A DNA stretch of 64,000 bases from contig CAWEWF010000004.1 of NCBI GenBank assembly GCA_963812605.1, positions 96,001-160,000 on the forward strand, in the 5' to 3' direction. Shown in pieces: positions 30,880 to 40,202 of this stretch. The notes under the pieces were generated by a model. The model was not told where the DNA came from and searched no databases. It was given only the letters and a program-made list of their open reading frames with translations. Both the position numbers and the translations under genes were made by a program. This stretch comes from an uncultured Verrucomicrobiae bacterium. GTDB lineage: Bacteria; Verrucomicrobiota; Verrucomicrobiia; Palsa-1439. How positions within the stretch are numbered: position 1 is the first letter of the stretch; each line of letters opens with the position of its first letter.

Positions 30880-31845
30880 TCAACTCTCCGGCCGCTTCCC
30901 GTTGATGTCGAACAGCGACGATACCGACTCCGAATTGTGGATCCGCTTGATCGCCTCGCCCAACAACGGCGCGACGGTCAACTCGGTCAGCTTGAACCCG
31001 CTGACCTTCGAGTGCGGCACCGTGTCGGTGGTGACCAACTCCTCCAACTCCGACGCCTTCAGCCGATTCAGCGCCGCGGCATTCAAAACCGCATGGCTCA
31101 CGGACGCATACACTTTCTTCGCGCCCCTCTGCTTCAGGATTTCCGCCGCCCGCGTCACCGTGGCCGCCGTTTCCGTCAGGTCATCCACCAGCAATACGGT
31201 CTTGCCATCCACGTCGCCAATGACGTTGAGCATCTCGACTTCCGAAGCCGATTTGCGCTTCTTGTCGACGATGGCCAACGGCGCCTGGAAGAGGTTCGCG
31301 TACGCGTGCACCATCTTGACGCCGCCGATGTCGGGCGAAACCACCACCAAATCCTTCAACTTCTTCCCGTTAAAGTACCGGTACATCACCGGCGCCGCGT
31401 ACAGGTGATCGACGGGAATATCGAAGAATCCCATGATCTGTTGCGCGTGCAGGTCCATTGTCAGCACCCGGCTCGCCCCCGCGGCGGTAATCAGGTTCGC
31501 CACCAGCTTGGCCGTGATCGGCACCCGCGGCTGGTCCTTGCGGTCCTGCCGCGCATATCCAAAGAACGGTACGACTGCCGTGATGCGCTTGGCGCTGGCC
31601 CGCCGGCACGCATCGATCATGATCAACAACTCCATCAAATGATGGTTCGCCGGCGGACACGTCGGCTGCACGATGAACACATCCCGACCGCGGATGTTCT
31701 CATTGATCTTAACGAACGTCTCCTCATCCGGAAACGCTGTGACCGTTGCGTCGCCCAGCGGGACCCCGATCGAATCGGCAATCCGCTGCGCAAGGGGCCG
31801 ATTTGCATTGCCAGAAAAAATCTTCAACTGGACACACAACTCCAC
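30880..31845 (-). CDS. prs: Ribose-phosphate pyrophosphokinase
   Basis: YARQDRK, DLHAQQI.GFF, VVVSPDIGG, LLVDDLTETA. Confidence 0.96.
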   Translation of the reverse strand: MELCVQLKIFSGNANRPLAQRIADSIGVPLGDATVTAFPDEETFVKINENIRGRDVFIVQPTCPPANHHLMELLIMIDACRRASAKRITAVVPFFGYARQDRKDQPRVPITAKLVANLITAAGASRVLTMDLHAQQIMGFFDIPVDHLYAAPVMYRYFNGKKLKDLVVVSPDIGGVKMVHAYANLFQAPLAIVDKKRKSASEVEMLNVIGDVDGKTVLLVDDLTETAATVTRAAEILKQRGAKKVYASVSHAVLNAAALNRLKASELEELVTTDTVPHSKVSGFKLTELTVAPLLGEAIKRIHNSESVSSLFDINGKRPES

Positions 31846-31973
31846 GGCTTAGGTTGTCTTGACCAAAAATCAGCGCCACACCCGCGACCTGTGGCCTCCA
31901 AAGCGTCGTACCTTCTACCGTTTCGCCCCCCGCATTGCAACCCGAATCTTTCCAACCCCAAATGCCTCAAACC

Positions 31974-32188
31974 TGTAGGGCAAGCGACCCGCTTGCCGCA
32001 GCAATTGTAGCGGCGGCTCATGACCGCCGAACCCAAGCCAGAGATTGTAGGGCGAGCGTCCCGCTTGCCGTCGTATCCAAAAGTCAGGATGTAGCATGCG
32101 CTGTCCCCAGCGCATTCTACCAACTTTACGAGAACCTCTGGAAACGTCACCTTAGCTGCCAATTGTAGGCCGCGACCTCCGACGCGGC
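31974..32188 (+). repeat. Array of five co-oriented TGTAG-footed REP-like hairpins with differing stems
   Basis: TGTAG at 31974, 32006, 32046, 32090 and 32164, each followed by a 6-8 bp GC-rich stem-loop. Confidence 0.8.
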
Positions 32189-32378
32189 GTCCTCATATGA
32201 TAATAAGGATATACGCCGTTCAGAAACCCTCGACGAACGCAACCCCTTGATACCACGTCGAAAACATCCGTCAAACCTGTGGATTTGGCTTCGTTTTCCA
32301 AACGAACCGGATTACTCCACCTTCTTCGTAATCGCGTAACATACTGCGCACATGATGGTTACATCTGTTTTTCAGCCA
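32164..32378 (-). repeat. Composite repeat element, copy C (truncated by the IS1595 end)
   Basis: Co-linear similarity with 34818-35020 (ttcagaaac, ccttgatac, ggcttcgttttccaaacgaacc, cgtaaca); stops at the IS terminal repeat. Confidence 0.7.
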
Positions 32379-32443
32379 CGGAACTATCAGTTTGACAAAC
32401 CAGCCGCTGCCGGTTGTGGTTTTGCGGTCAGCGGGCGCTCGTG

Positions 32444-32587
32444 TTATTTAGCAGAGGCGATGCCGAGTCCCAGTATGCCAAAGAAGATGATGCACAAAAA
32501 CAACCAGAACGGAAGGATGCCCACGCTCGTGAGCAAAAGGCCAAGGACACCGAGAAGCAGGAACAGAATCATGAGTTGTTGTTTCAT
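32444..32587 (-). CDS. Small hydrophobic membrane protein (47 aa), IS passenger
   Basis: MKQQLMILFLLLGVLGLLLTSVGILPFWLFLCIIFFGILGLGIASAK*, directly downstream of the lipoprotein gene. Confidence 0.55.
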   Translation of the reverse strand: MKQQLMILFLLLGVLGLLLTSVGILPFWLFLCIIFFGILGLGIASAK

Positions 32588-32603
32588 AGATATTCTCTAA
32601 TAG

Positions 32604-33080
32604 TCACCCTGATTTCGTCTTGTAGAGTTTATCCAAAGCTCCCTGCCAGCATTTGGTTTCTGTTTCGCGGCAGAAGCGATAGCCAGACCATATCCAGAAA
32701 TTGGCTGGCACTGTGTCCACCTCCTGCAATACCCATTTGTTGTCCTGATAGGCAAAATCCGCCTTGAATCCAATACTTCGCTCGCCACGAGTTTCGTTAT
32801 ATTTCCGTGAGTAATTCGCCGTTGCAGTGTAAGGCGACACGAGGGAAGTCGTTTTCTCTACATCAATTTGCACGTCATTATCCCAATCCACCGAAAAGCC
32901 GGTTGGCAGTTCCGTATAACAGGCGCTCGCATTGGTTGAGAACGCGGCCACGACGCCCTTAAAGTCCTTCAGCGGGTCAGGTACTTCTTTTACTTCTTTG
33001 GGCGGGTTGGAGCAGCCGGAACACAGCAACAGAATCCCGGGAATGATGCTAGTGGCTAGACGCGCCATTGCCGGAGCCAT
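32604..33080 (-). CDS. Putative lipoprotein, IS passenger
   Basis: Hydrophobic N-terminus with lipobox-like LCSG|C; Cys pair near the C-terminus. Confidence 0.65.
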   Translation of the reverse strand: MAPAMARLATSIIPGILLLCSGCSNPPKEVKEVPDPLKDFKGVVAAFSTNASACYTELPTGFSVDWDNDVQIDVEKTTSLVSPYTATANYSRKYNETRGERSIGFKADFAYQDNKWVLQEVDTVPANFWIWSGYRFCRETETKCWQGALDKLYKTKSG

Positions 33081-33204
33081 TTGACTTCACCGGCGCAAGG
33101 ATACGAATCGCGTTGGTAATCGTCAGCGGATAGAGTGAAATCGGCTTGGCGTACCGCTTGCCCTTATTGCGGCCCGGCTTCCGTTTCGCCTTGGTCTTGC
33201 TCAT
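33049..33204 (-). CDS. Small basic protein (51 aa) with KPISLYPLT motif, IS passenger
   Basis: MSKTKAKRKPGRNKGKRYAKPISLYPLTITNAIRILAPVKSNGSGNGASSH*; below ORF-track cutoff. Confidence 0.5.
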   Translation of the reverse strand: MSKTKAKRKPGRNKGKRYAKPISLYPLTITNAIRILAPVKSNGSGNGASSH

Positions 33205-33288
33205 ATGCTTAATTTACCGCGTCTCGGCTCGCCAGTCTAGCGCGATTCGCGTTGACCGCATCTGTTTGCGTGTTGCAAGATACATCGC

Positions 33289-33510
33289 ATGGACAAAGAA
33301 TTAGACGAGCGACTCACCCGCATTGAGAACGCACTGGTCGTCGTTGGCAATGCTCAATTGGTGGTTATTCGCTATCTGCCAAAAATAAATTCTCTGAATG
33401 CGAAAGACCAAGAGTATCTTCACGACCGCTCGAAGGAGTGGAGCGAAGTAATCGAAGAGCTATGGCGAGGCATTCCCCATGATAAACGAGTTCAGCCACC
33501 CAGTCGCTGA
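33289..33510 (+). CDS. Hypothetical protein, IS passenger
   Basis: 73-aa helical-looking ORF divergent from the 33204 ORF; overlaps an alternative minus ORF 33365..33610. Confidence 0.45.
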   Translation: MDKELDERLTRIENALVVVGNAQLVVIRYLPKINSLNAKDQEYLHDRSKEWSEVIEELWRGIPHDKRVQPPSR

Positions 33511-33662
33511 CTCCGCTTTGAATGGCCTCTTCCATACACCGTTTGGCTTCGGCCATCATTAGGCGCGGGTCGCGTTGCTGGCTGGAGGTCGGCTGGGCTA
33601 TGGTATTCATCTACAATTCGCCAAGCCGGGTCACAGGCACGGCGATATAATGGAGCGATGAG

Positions 33663-34646
33663 CTACTTCCCATTCTGAAATCCCGGCTTACGGCGCATCG
33701 GGCGCATATTTCCGAGCGGGGTTACTCCCCGCACATTTTTATACATCAGCCGCTTGCCGGTCGATTGCGCCAGCGCCAATGCGGTACGCTCGCCGTCGGT
33801 GACTTTCCGGCTGCCCCAACGGAATCCGAATTCATCGCAGTAACGGTGTAGATGCCGCCGGGATACATGGTGGAACGTGCCGTGAACCCCGCGCTTCAGT
33901 AGCGCAAAGAACGATTCTGCCGTGTTCGTGTTGGCATCGCCGCTCACATACTCTTTGATGCCGTGATTCACGACCCGGTGACCGCCCTCAAACTCTTTGC
34001 CGATGCCGCGATACGACGGCCATTCATCGGTATAGACCGTTGCGCCTTTGTCCACGCTCTCTCGAATCGCCCCTTTCAACGTCCGCCCGGTCACGTTTGA
34101 AATCGCCCGCACCCGGATGTCACCTTGCCGCTCCACGAGGGCTAACACCGGCGACTTTGCCGTGCCGCGACCCGGCTTGTGATACCCGGTGCCGGACTGG
34201 GGTTTGCCGCCGATGTAGGTCTCGTCTACTTCAACCGCGCCATTCAATAGGGCCGCGACACCATTGCGATTCATGGCGAGCCGAATCCGGTGTGACAGAT
34301 GCCACGCGGATTGGTAGGACTTCAAACCGAGATTGCGCTGTAGCTGTTTCGCGCTGATACCCTTTTTCGATGAGCACATGAGATGGAACGCGAGCAGCCA
34401 CTTGCGGAGCGGGATATGACTGTCCTCGAATATCGTTCCCATGGTGACGGTGAATTGCTTGCGGCAGTCCCGGCACTTGCACAGGCCCGGTCGCGTTGCC
34501 TTGCCATTGAGCCTGACGCCATTCTTGGACTGGCAGTGCGGGCACACCGGGCCGTCCGGCCACAGGACGCTCTCCAAGTATTCACGAGCTTGCTCCTCCG
34601 TGAATTCGCTGATTTCCGCTAGGTTTTCGGGCGCTTCCGTTTTCAT
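33663..34646 (-). CDS. IS1595 family transposase (ISXO2-like DDE)
   Basis: Zn ribbon CPHC..CRDC, GISAKQLQR HTH, VEVDETYIGG, VYTDE, NTAESFFALLKR, Y.DEF.FR. Confidence 0.95.
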   Translation of the reverse strand: MKTEAPENLAEISEFTEEQAREYLESVLWPDGPVCPHCQSKNGVRLNGKATRPGLCKCRDCRKQFTVTMGTIFEDSHIPLRKWLLAFHLMCSSKKGISAKQLQRNLGLKSYQSAWHLSHRIRLAMNRNGVAALLNGAVEVDETYIGGKPQSGTGYHKPGRGTAKSPVLALVERQGDIRVRAISNVTGRTLKGAIRESVDKGATVYTDEWPSYRGIGKEFEGGHRVVNHGIKEYVSGDANTNTAESFFALLKRGVHGTFHHVSRRHLHRYCDEFGFRWGSRKVTDGERTALALAQSTGKRLMYKNVRGVTPLGNMRPMRRKPGFQNGK

Positions 34647-34817
34647 GCCTATACACTAGCAGTTGTGGAGTGGTTTGTCAAATAGATAATTCCGTAAACC
34701 CAACCACCATGAAATTGCAGCGCAACGGCTCCCATTGTAGCCGTACTTGCTAAACGTGGATTGCCTTCTAAACGTGGATTGCCTTTATTCCGCTTGCCGT
34801 CGCCGATGCCCATCCGT

Positions 34818-35323
34818 TGTAGACCGCGTCCCCCGACGCGGCGGCCTTCATATAATATGGCATTCAGAAACGCTCGAATCGCCGCAACTCCTTGATACAA
34901 CGCCAAAAACGTCCGCCAAAAAATGCCTAATCGGCTTCGTTTTCCAAACGAACCCGAATTCTCCAGTCGCTCTTTCAATACGTAACACCTTGCGAATACA
35001 ATGGATCAATTGATTTCCAGCCGCATAAAAATCGGGTTCGTTTCGCAGAAAGGATGTTTTTTTGGGACCTGCCTCGGCCTTCGACTTGTCCTCCGTAGCC
35101 TTGGCGAAGGAGCAAGCGTCCCCGCCGAGTCCGCTGTCCCTTTTGGAGTGCTGCGGCTCGCCGCAGCTTTGCCGTCCTGCCCCCGTGTCGTCTCCATATC
35201 CCCACGAAATGTGTTCGTCAAAGTTCACGCCCAGATCCTACCATTATCGGAATCCGATGTCCAGACCAAAACGGGGGGAGTAGTTCGCTGTTTCCCAATT
35301 GTAGGGCAAGCGCTCCGCTTGCC
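34818..35323 (-). mobile_element. Composite non-coding repeat element, copy B
   Basis: Same order as copy A on the minus strand: REP 35300-35323, promoter 35235-35263, REPs 35144-35167 and 35088-35112, IR core 34946-35043 (12-bp perfect arms), REP 34818-34841. Confidence 0.65.
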
Positions 35324-35340
35324 AGTCCCATTCCCAAAGT

Positions 35341-35368
35341 TGTCACCCTGAGCGAAGCGAAGGGTCTC
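35341..35368. repeat. REP-like palindrome TGTCACCCTGAGCGAAGCGAAGGGTCTC
   Basis: ACCCT..AGGGT stem around a GAGCGAAGCGA loop; a widespread REP-type motif. Confidence 0.5.
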
Positions 35369-35558
35369 ACACTGCACCAGAGCAATCACGAAGGACATAA
35401 AACCATGTTTCTTACAACTGAAACGTCCCAGCCGGTGCAATGGACTATAGATCAGGAATATGCGGTTTTCCGGAACTAGCCCTTCATGCTTTTCCCTTTA
35501 CCGCCTGCACCTCGCCACATATATTTGCTCCTGCTGACGTTCAACGAACGGAGAATCT

Positions 35559-36191
35559 ATGACTCAAGAGAAACAAGACCTTTCCCGGCTAACGATCGAC
35601 CGAAAAACAGGCGACGAAGCATTCCGTCAGGACGGGAAGGACAAGGATTTCTCGCTTGGCGATTTCTGGCGATGGTCGGCTTCGGATTTGGTTAGCAATA
35701 TCATACGTGGCGTATTGGCCGAATACCTCGTTGCCTGCGATTTGGGAATAGCATCGAACACACGCGAACCGTGGCAATCTTATGACCTAGAGAAAAACGA
35801 AATCAAGATAGAAGTAAAGTCGGCGGCGTACGTCCAATCTTGGACACAAGAAGAGTTATCAAGTATTCTTTTCAACATTCGGCCGACGCGGGCATGGAAT
35901 CCTGACAACAATAAACTTGACCCAGAAGTTAAGAGGCAAGCAGACGTTTACGTGTTTTGTCTGCTGGCACATCAGGAAAAAAAAGACATTCAGCCATTGA
36001 ATCTCGATCAATGGGAGTTTTACGTTATGCCAACAAAGCAACTGCGCCCGGATCGAAAGTCAATCAGCCTCAAAGCATTGCTCGATTTGTGGAAGAACCC
36101 GAACTCTTCAAAGTCTCCTCCTGACTCCCCTTCTCTGAAGTTTGGAGAAATCTGGGAGGGGATCGAAAAAATTACGAAAAACGTCTGCTAA
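35559..36191 (+). CDS. Hypothetical protein, PD-(D/E)xK restriction-endonuclease-like fold
   Basis: GVLAEYLVA..YDL..IKIEVKS pattern (E..D..ExK); lower GC than the host genes. Confidence 0.65.
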   Translation: MTQEKQDLSRLTIDRKTGDEAFRQDGKDKDFSLGDFWRWSASDLVSNIIRGVLAEYLVACDLGIASNTREPWQSYDLEKNEIKIEVKSAAYVQSWTQEELSSILFNIRPTRAWNPDNNKLDPEVKRQADVYVFCLLAHQEKKDIQPLNLDQWEFYVMPTKQLRPDRKSISLKALLDLWKNPNSSKSPPDSPSLKFGEIWEGIEKITKNVC

Positions 36192-36372
36192 GCGCCGCTA
36201 CTACTACGCCTTTTTGCAGGGATGCTCCTTTGTTGCCGGTACGGTATCGTGCGGATTGACGGACTTGGCAAATGGAATTGAGGCTAGATCATTCATTGTG
36301 TAGTGGTGACGTGATGGGAGCTAAGAACGCTCAACGGCCAGATTCTGAAGCAGGAGATTGGGAGGGCTTCTC

Positions 36373-36912
36373 ATGATCCTCTTAATCATTTGGATAATGC
36401 TATGCATCTTTGTGGCGGTTTTTGCCAAGAATAAGGGGCGATCGGATTCAAGCGCCTTCTTTTTCCTCTCGCTGATACTGAGTCCACTGATCGGCTTCAT
36501 CGTAGCTTTACTGGTGAAGCCCAACAAATACGAATCGGAAGTGAAAGGCATAGAGCAGTTGAAATTCATCAAGGGTGAGATGAAGAAGTGCCCGGTTTGT
36601 GCTGAGGTCATAAAAATGGAAGCCATTAGATGCCCACGGTGTGGCAACGATCTAGCGCAGCAGACGGCTCAAATTTCACAAACGGACGAGGTGAAAAGAT
36701 GTCCTTACTGTGCGGAGTCGATTCGCAAAGAAGCCATTAAGTGCCGATATTGCGGCAGCGACCTCGTGTCGCCTCCCAAAGCTCCAATTCAAACAAGGGA
36801 TATTGAATTCAGTTGCGACTACTGTGGTCAGAACATTGTGATAGACAAGTCAGGTGCTGGTCTTACTATCCAGTGTCCCAAATGTGGAGGCGATCTCACC
36901 ATCCCTGCATAG
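36373..36912 (+). CDS. Membrane protein with multiple zinc-ribbon domains
   Basis: 2 TM helices (KGRS..FFLS..SPLIG), then CPVC/CPRC, CPYC/CRYC and CDYC/CPKC pairs. Confidence 0.8.
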   Translation: MILLIIWIMLCIFVAVFAKNKGRSDSSAFFFLSLILSPLIGFIVALLVKPNKYESEVKGIEQLKFIKGEMKKCPVCAEVIKMEAIRCPRCGNDLAQQTAQISQTDEVKRCPYCAESIRKEAIKCRYCGSDLVSPPKAPIQTRDIEFSCDYCGQNIVIDKSGAGLTIQCPKCGGDLTIPA

Positions 36913-37022
36913 CCAGAACCAGCCAAGCTCTGTCGTGATGCTCATGGCATCTTTAACGAAAACCACTAGAACGACGTGGTCAGGTCTATTTATTATGCAT
37001 TTCGTAAAGCCTCGGTACCGCA

Positions 37023-38010
37023 TCACGAAAACCCCACCACCGCATGCGGCACGTACGGTTCCTCCAATGGCGCAATTTCCTCCGGGGAGAGTTTCAGGGA
37101 CAGCAGCCGCCACCGCATCCTCGATGTGCTGCGGCTTCGTCGCGCCGACAATGGGCGAGGTAATGAAGGGTTTGTGCAGCATCCAGGCCAGAGCGACTTG
37201 TGCTTGCGGAACACCACGTTTGCGCGCGATCTGACTCACGCGCTCGACAACAAGCTTATCCGACTCTTCGGTCCTGCCGTAAAGTTTCTTGGCAAATTCA
37301 TCATGCCCGCCACGCTCCGTGCTCTCCTTCTGCTCCCAGGGTCGCGTCAACCGTCCGCGCGCCAGCGGACTCCAGGGAATGACGCCGATTTTTTCCGCCT
37401 GGCACAAACCCATCATCTCGCGTTCCTCTTCGCGATACAGCAGGTTGTAATGGTTCTGCATGGAAACAAACCGCGTCCAGCCATGCCGGTCCGCCAGGTA
37501 AAGCGCCTTGCAGAATTGCCACGCAAACATCGACGAGGCGCCGATGTACCGGGTCTTCCCCGCCTTCACCACGTCATGCAACGCCTCCAGCGTCTCCTCA
37601 ATCGGCGTGTCATAGTCCCAGCGATGGATCTGGTAAAGGTCCACGTAATCCACGCACAGGCGCTTCAAGCTCGCATCCATCTCCATCATAATGGCCTTGC
37701 GCGACAACCCTTCGCCATTCGGCCCCGGCCGCATTCGTCCGCGCACCTTCGTCGCCAGCACCACCTCCTCGCGTTTCGCGAAGTCCCGCAACGCCCGGCC
37801 GACAATCTCCTCGCTGGTGCCGTCCGAGTAGACGTTCGCCGTGTCAAAAAAATTGATGCCTACTTCCAACGCGCGCTTGATGAAGGGCCGGCTCTTCTCT
37901 TCGGTGAGCGACCAGGGATGCCCCCCGCGCTCCGGCACCCCGTAACTCATGCAACCCAGGCACACCCGGGAAACCTTCAGCCCGCTCTTCCCTAAATTCA
38001 CATAATCCAT
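37023..38010 (-). CDS. Aldo/keto reductase (YajO-like; frameshift near 37105)
   Basis: LGCMSYG, FDTANVYSDG, DLYQIHRWD, MQNHYNLLYREEE, PWSPLARG. Confidence 0.92.
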
Positions 38011-38021
38011 AAATTCCCTTC

Positions 38022-38879
38022 CTACTTGCGCCAACCGTGCTCCGGCTTATACCCCAGAACTCGTTTTGCTTTCTCAATCGAGAGCAGCGTTTCATTCGCC
38101 TCCAGTTTCTTCTTCACCGGCACGCTCGGGAAAACTTCCGCCATGAGTTCCGCCGATGGACGCGTCATGACGGTCTCCGCATTCGCGATAATGAAGATGT
38201 CCGCCCCCTTGAGGGGCGCTTCCAGCGCCTTGCGGATCGCCTGGGCCGCATCGCGCGCGTCGATATAACCCCAGAGGTTCCATTTGCGGATCGCCGGGTC
38301 CTTCTGAAAACCGGCGAAACGCGCATAGTCGTGCGGCTCCATGACATTCGAAAAGCGCAAACCGATGATCTTCAGCTTTGCATCCCATCGACAGAATTGC
38401 TTCGCCATCTCCTCGCCCAGCAGTTTCGACAGCGAGTAGGCGGTCTCCGGCCTGCCGGCGTATTCTTCATCTACCGGCACGTAAGGCGGCGGCGTGTCGA
38501 AAGGCAACCCGAGCACGGTCTCGCTTGAAGCCCACACGACATTCTTGATTCCCAGACGGTAGGCCGCGGCGAAAACGTTGTACGTGCTCAGTGTGTTGTT
38601 GCCAAAGGTAACGGCATCCGTAAAAAGATGGGGTGCTGGAATGGCTGCCAGATGGACAATCGCGTCGAAGCCGCCCCGCTGCGCCTTTTCCCCGGCGCAG
38701 GCGGAAAACGCGTCAACCGTCTGACCGAAATCGGCCAGGTCAGCCAGGATGAAAGGACACGTCCTCTCCGTTGGGGCCGTCCGATCGACATTGAAAATCT
38801 CGTATCCGTGCGCCAGCAGGTCCTTAACACACGCGCGCCCCAACTTGCCGCTTCCACCCGTGACGACAACCTTTGCCAT
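38022..38879 (-). CDS. NAD-dependent epimerase/dehydratase family protein
   Basis: TGGSGKLG Rossmann motif, HLAAIP, YSLSK catalytic YxxxK. Confidence 0.9.
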   Translation of the reverse strand: MAKVVVTGGSGKLGRACVKDLLAHGYEIFNVDRTAPTERTCPFILADLADFGQTVDAFSACAGEKAQRGGFDAIVHLAAIPAPHLFTDAVTFGNNTLSTYNVFAAAYRLGIKNVVWASSETVLGLPFDTPPPYVPVDEEYAGRPETAYSLSKLLGEEMAKQFCRWDAKLKIIGLRFSNVMEPHDYARFAGFQKDPAIRKWNLWGYIDARDAAQAIRKALEAPLKGADIFIIANAETVMTRPSAELMAEVFPSVPVKKKLEANETLLSIEKAKRVLGYKPEHGWRK

Positions 38880-38963
38880 GCCATCCTTTCTTCAACATAT
38901 TTCCCCGAAAGGCAAACTCATTTGTCTCCACGATTGGGGAAAACTCGGCCAGGTGCCCTCGCC

Positions 38964-40142
38964 TCATGAGGGTCTGATCGCCCTTGGCATGCGGTCAAAT
39001 GAATTGAAGCGCTTCAGGGCCCGCCGCGTCTTGACGGCATCCCAGCGGCCCGGGATGGCGGTCCCGCACTTCGGGCATTTGCCGTCGTCCGTCAACCAAT
39101 AACCCTGAACCATGAACCCCGAACGCTCCACCAACAACTCTTCGCAATTCGGACATCGCGTGTTCTCCCAATCGCTGACGTGGCCGGGCAGGTTGCCCGC
39201 GTAACAGTAGCGCAGACCCGCTTCCCGGCCGATTTCACAGGCGCGAACAATGGTGCGCACCGCCGTGTGATCGCGATCGGTCATTTTATAGTCGGGATGA
39301 AACGCCGTGCAATGCCAGGGGATATCGGGTGAAATGTCGGCCAGGAATTTTGCGATCTGCCGCATCTCGTCTTCGCTGTCGTTGAAACCGGGGATGAACA
39401 ACGTGACGATCTCCAACCAAAACCCTTTCTGGTGAAGCATCGCGACGGTTTTCAGCACATTGTCGAGCTTGCCGCCGAGTTGACGGTAATTCCTGTCGTT
39501 GAAACTTTTCAAATCGACCTTGTAAAAATCCACCCACGGCTTGATGTAATCCAACACCTCTTCGGTGCCGTTGCCGTTGGAGACGTAGGACGTGCGCAGC
39601 CCGTGCCGGCGCGCTTCCTTAAAAACTTCCACGGCCCATTCGCTGGTGATCAGCGGCTCATTATACGTGCTGGTGACCGTGTCGGCGCCCTTCTGGATCG
39701 CCAATTCCACAAATCGCCCCGCGTTCATCGGTATCGCCGGCGCGGTGCTCAGCGGATCACGCAGCGCCTGCGAGGTAAACCAATTCTGGCAATAACCACA
39801 GTGCAAATCGCACCCCAGCATCCCGAAGCTCATCGCCAGCGTGCCCGGGAGCGCGTGAAAAAACGGCTTCTTTTCGATGGGATCGCACTGCAACGCGCCA
39901 AAGTAGTTCGCAGGGACAAACAGCGTGCCGCCGCGGTTAAAACGCACGCGGCAGATGCCATCGTGCCCTTCAAGAATCAGGCAACGATGCCCGCAGGCGT
40001 AACAACGCACCTTGCCATCGAGCAGCTTCTCGTAGAGCTCGCCCTCCTTCGTCAGCCGCGAAAGATTCTCACCCAACGTCTCCATCGACACGGTCGCGCG
40101 CGCCTGGTCCTCCCGCGCCAAAACTGGATCTGACTTCGGCAT
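38964..40142 (-). CDS. amrS: AmmeMemoRadiSam system radical SAM enzyme
   Basis: CYACGHRC..G.CRVR, DPIEKKPFFH, CDLHCGYCQNW (CxxxCxxC), TYNEP, C-terminal CPNC/CPKC. Confidence 0.9.
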   Translation of the reverse strand: MPKSDPVLAREDQARATVSMETLGENLSRLTKEGELYEKLLDGKVRCYACGHRCLILEGHDGICRVRFNRGGTLFVPANYFGALQCDPIEKKPFFHALPGTLAMSFGMLGCDLHCGYCQNWFTSQALRDPLSTAPAIPMNAGRFVELAIQKGADTVTSTYNEPLITSEWAVEVFKEARRHGLRTSYVSNGNGTEEVLDYIKPWVDFYKVDLKSFNDRNYRQLGGKLDNVLKTVAMLHQKGFWLEIVTLFIPGFNDSEDEMRQIAKFLADISPDIPWHCTAFHPDYKMTDRDHTAVRTIVRACEIGREAGLRYCYAGNLPGHVSDWENTRCPNCEELLVERSGFMVQGYWLTDDGKCPKCGTAIPGRWDAVKTRRALKRFNSFDRMPRAIRPS

Positions 40143-40202
40143 TGTCTTTCAACTCCCGCTGCCATCAAACTACCACTTCCGCCGGGCCGTTTCCAGACGC
40201 GT

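Larger units (their letters stand above)
32379..34694 (-). mobile_element. IS1595-family element with passenger genes (2316 bp)
   Basis: 24-bp TIRs CGGAACTATCAGTTTGACAAACCA (32379-32402) and the reverse complement of 34671-34694 (21/24 match); encloses the transposase and several small ORFs; flanks TTCAGCCA/TAAACCCA are not an exact TSD. Confidence 0.85.

Noticed and set aside
31846-31973. tRNA-Gln often found upstream of prs
   Set aside because: No cloverleaf or GGTTCGAATCC T-arm is visible.
31974-32188. CRISPR array
   Set aside because: Only the 5-nt TGTAG foot is constant, unit lengths vary from 32 to 74 bp, and no cas genes are present.
34750-34785. 18-bp tandem duplication CTAAACGTGGATTGCCTT x2
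   Set aside because: Only two copies; consistent with local slippage or an assembly artefact and not aligned with the IS end as a TSD.
34848-35228. 126-aa ORF with FLRNEPD as a real protein
   Set aside because: It runs through several REP hairpins, and the homologous copy A has stops shortly after FLRNEPD; conservation is at the nucleotide level.
38964-40142. Novel radical SAM/RiPP cluster around amrS
   Set aside because: The enzyme matches the widespread AmmeMemoRadiSam family; no precursor peptide or partner genes are adjacent.
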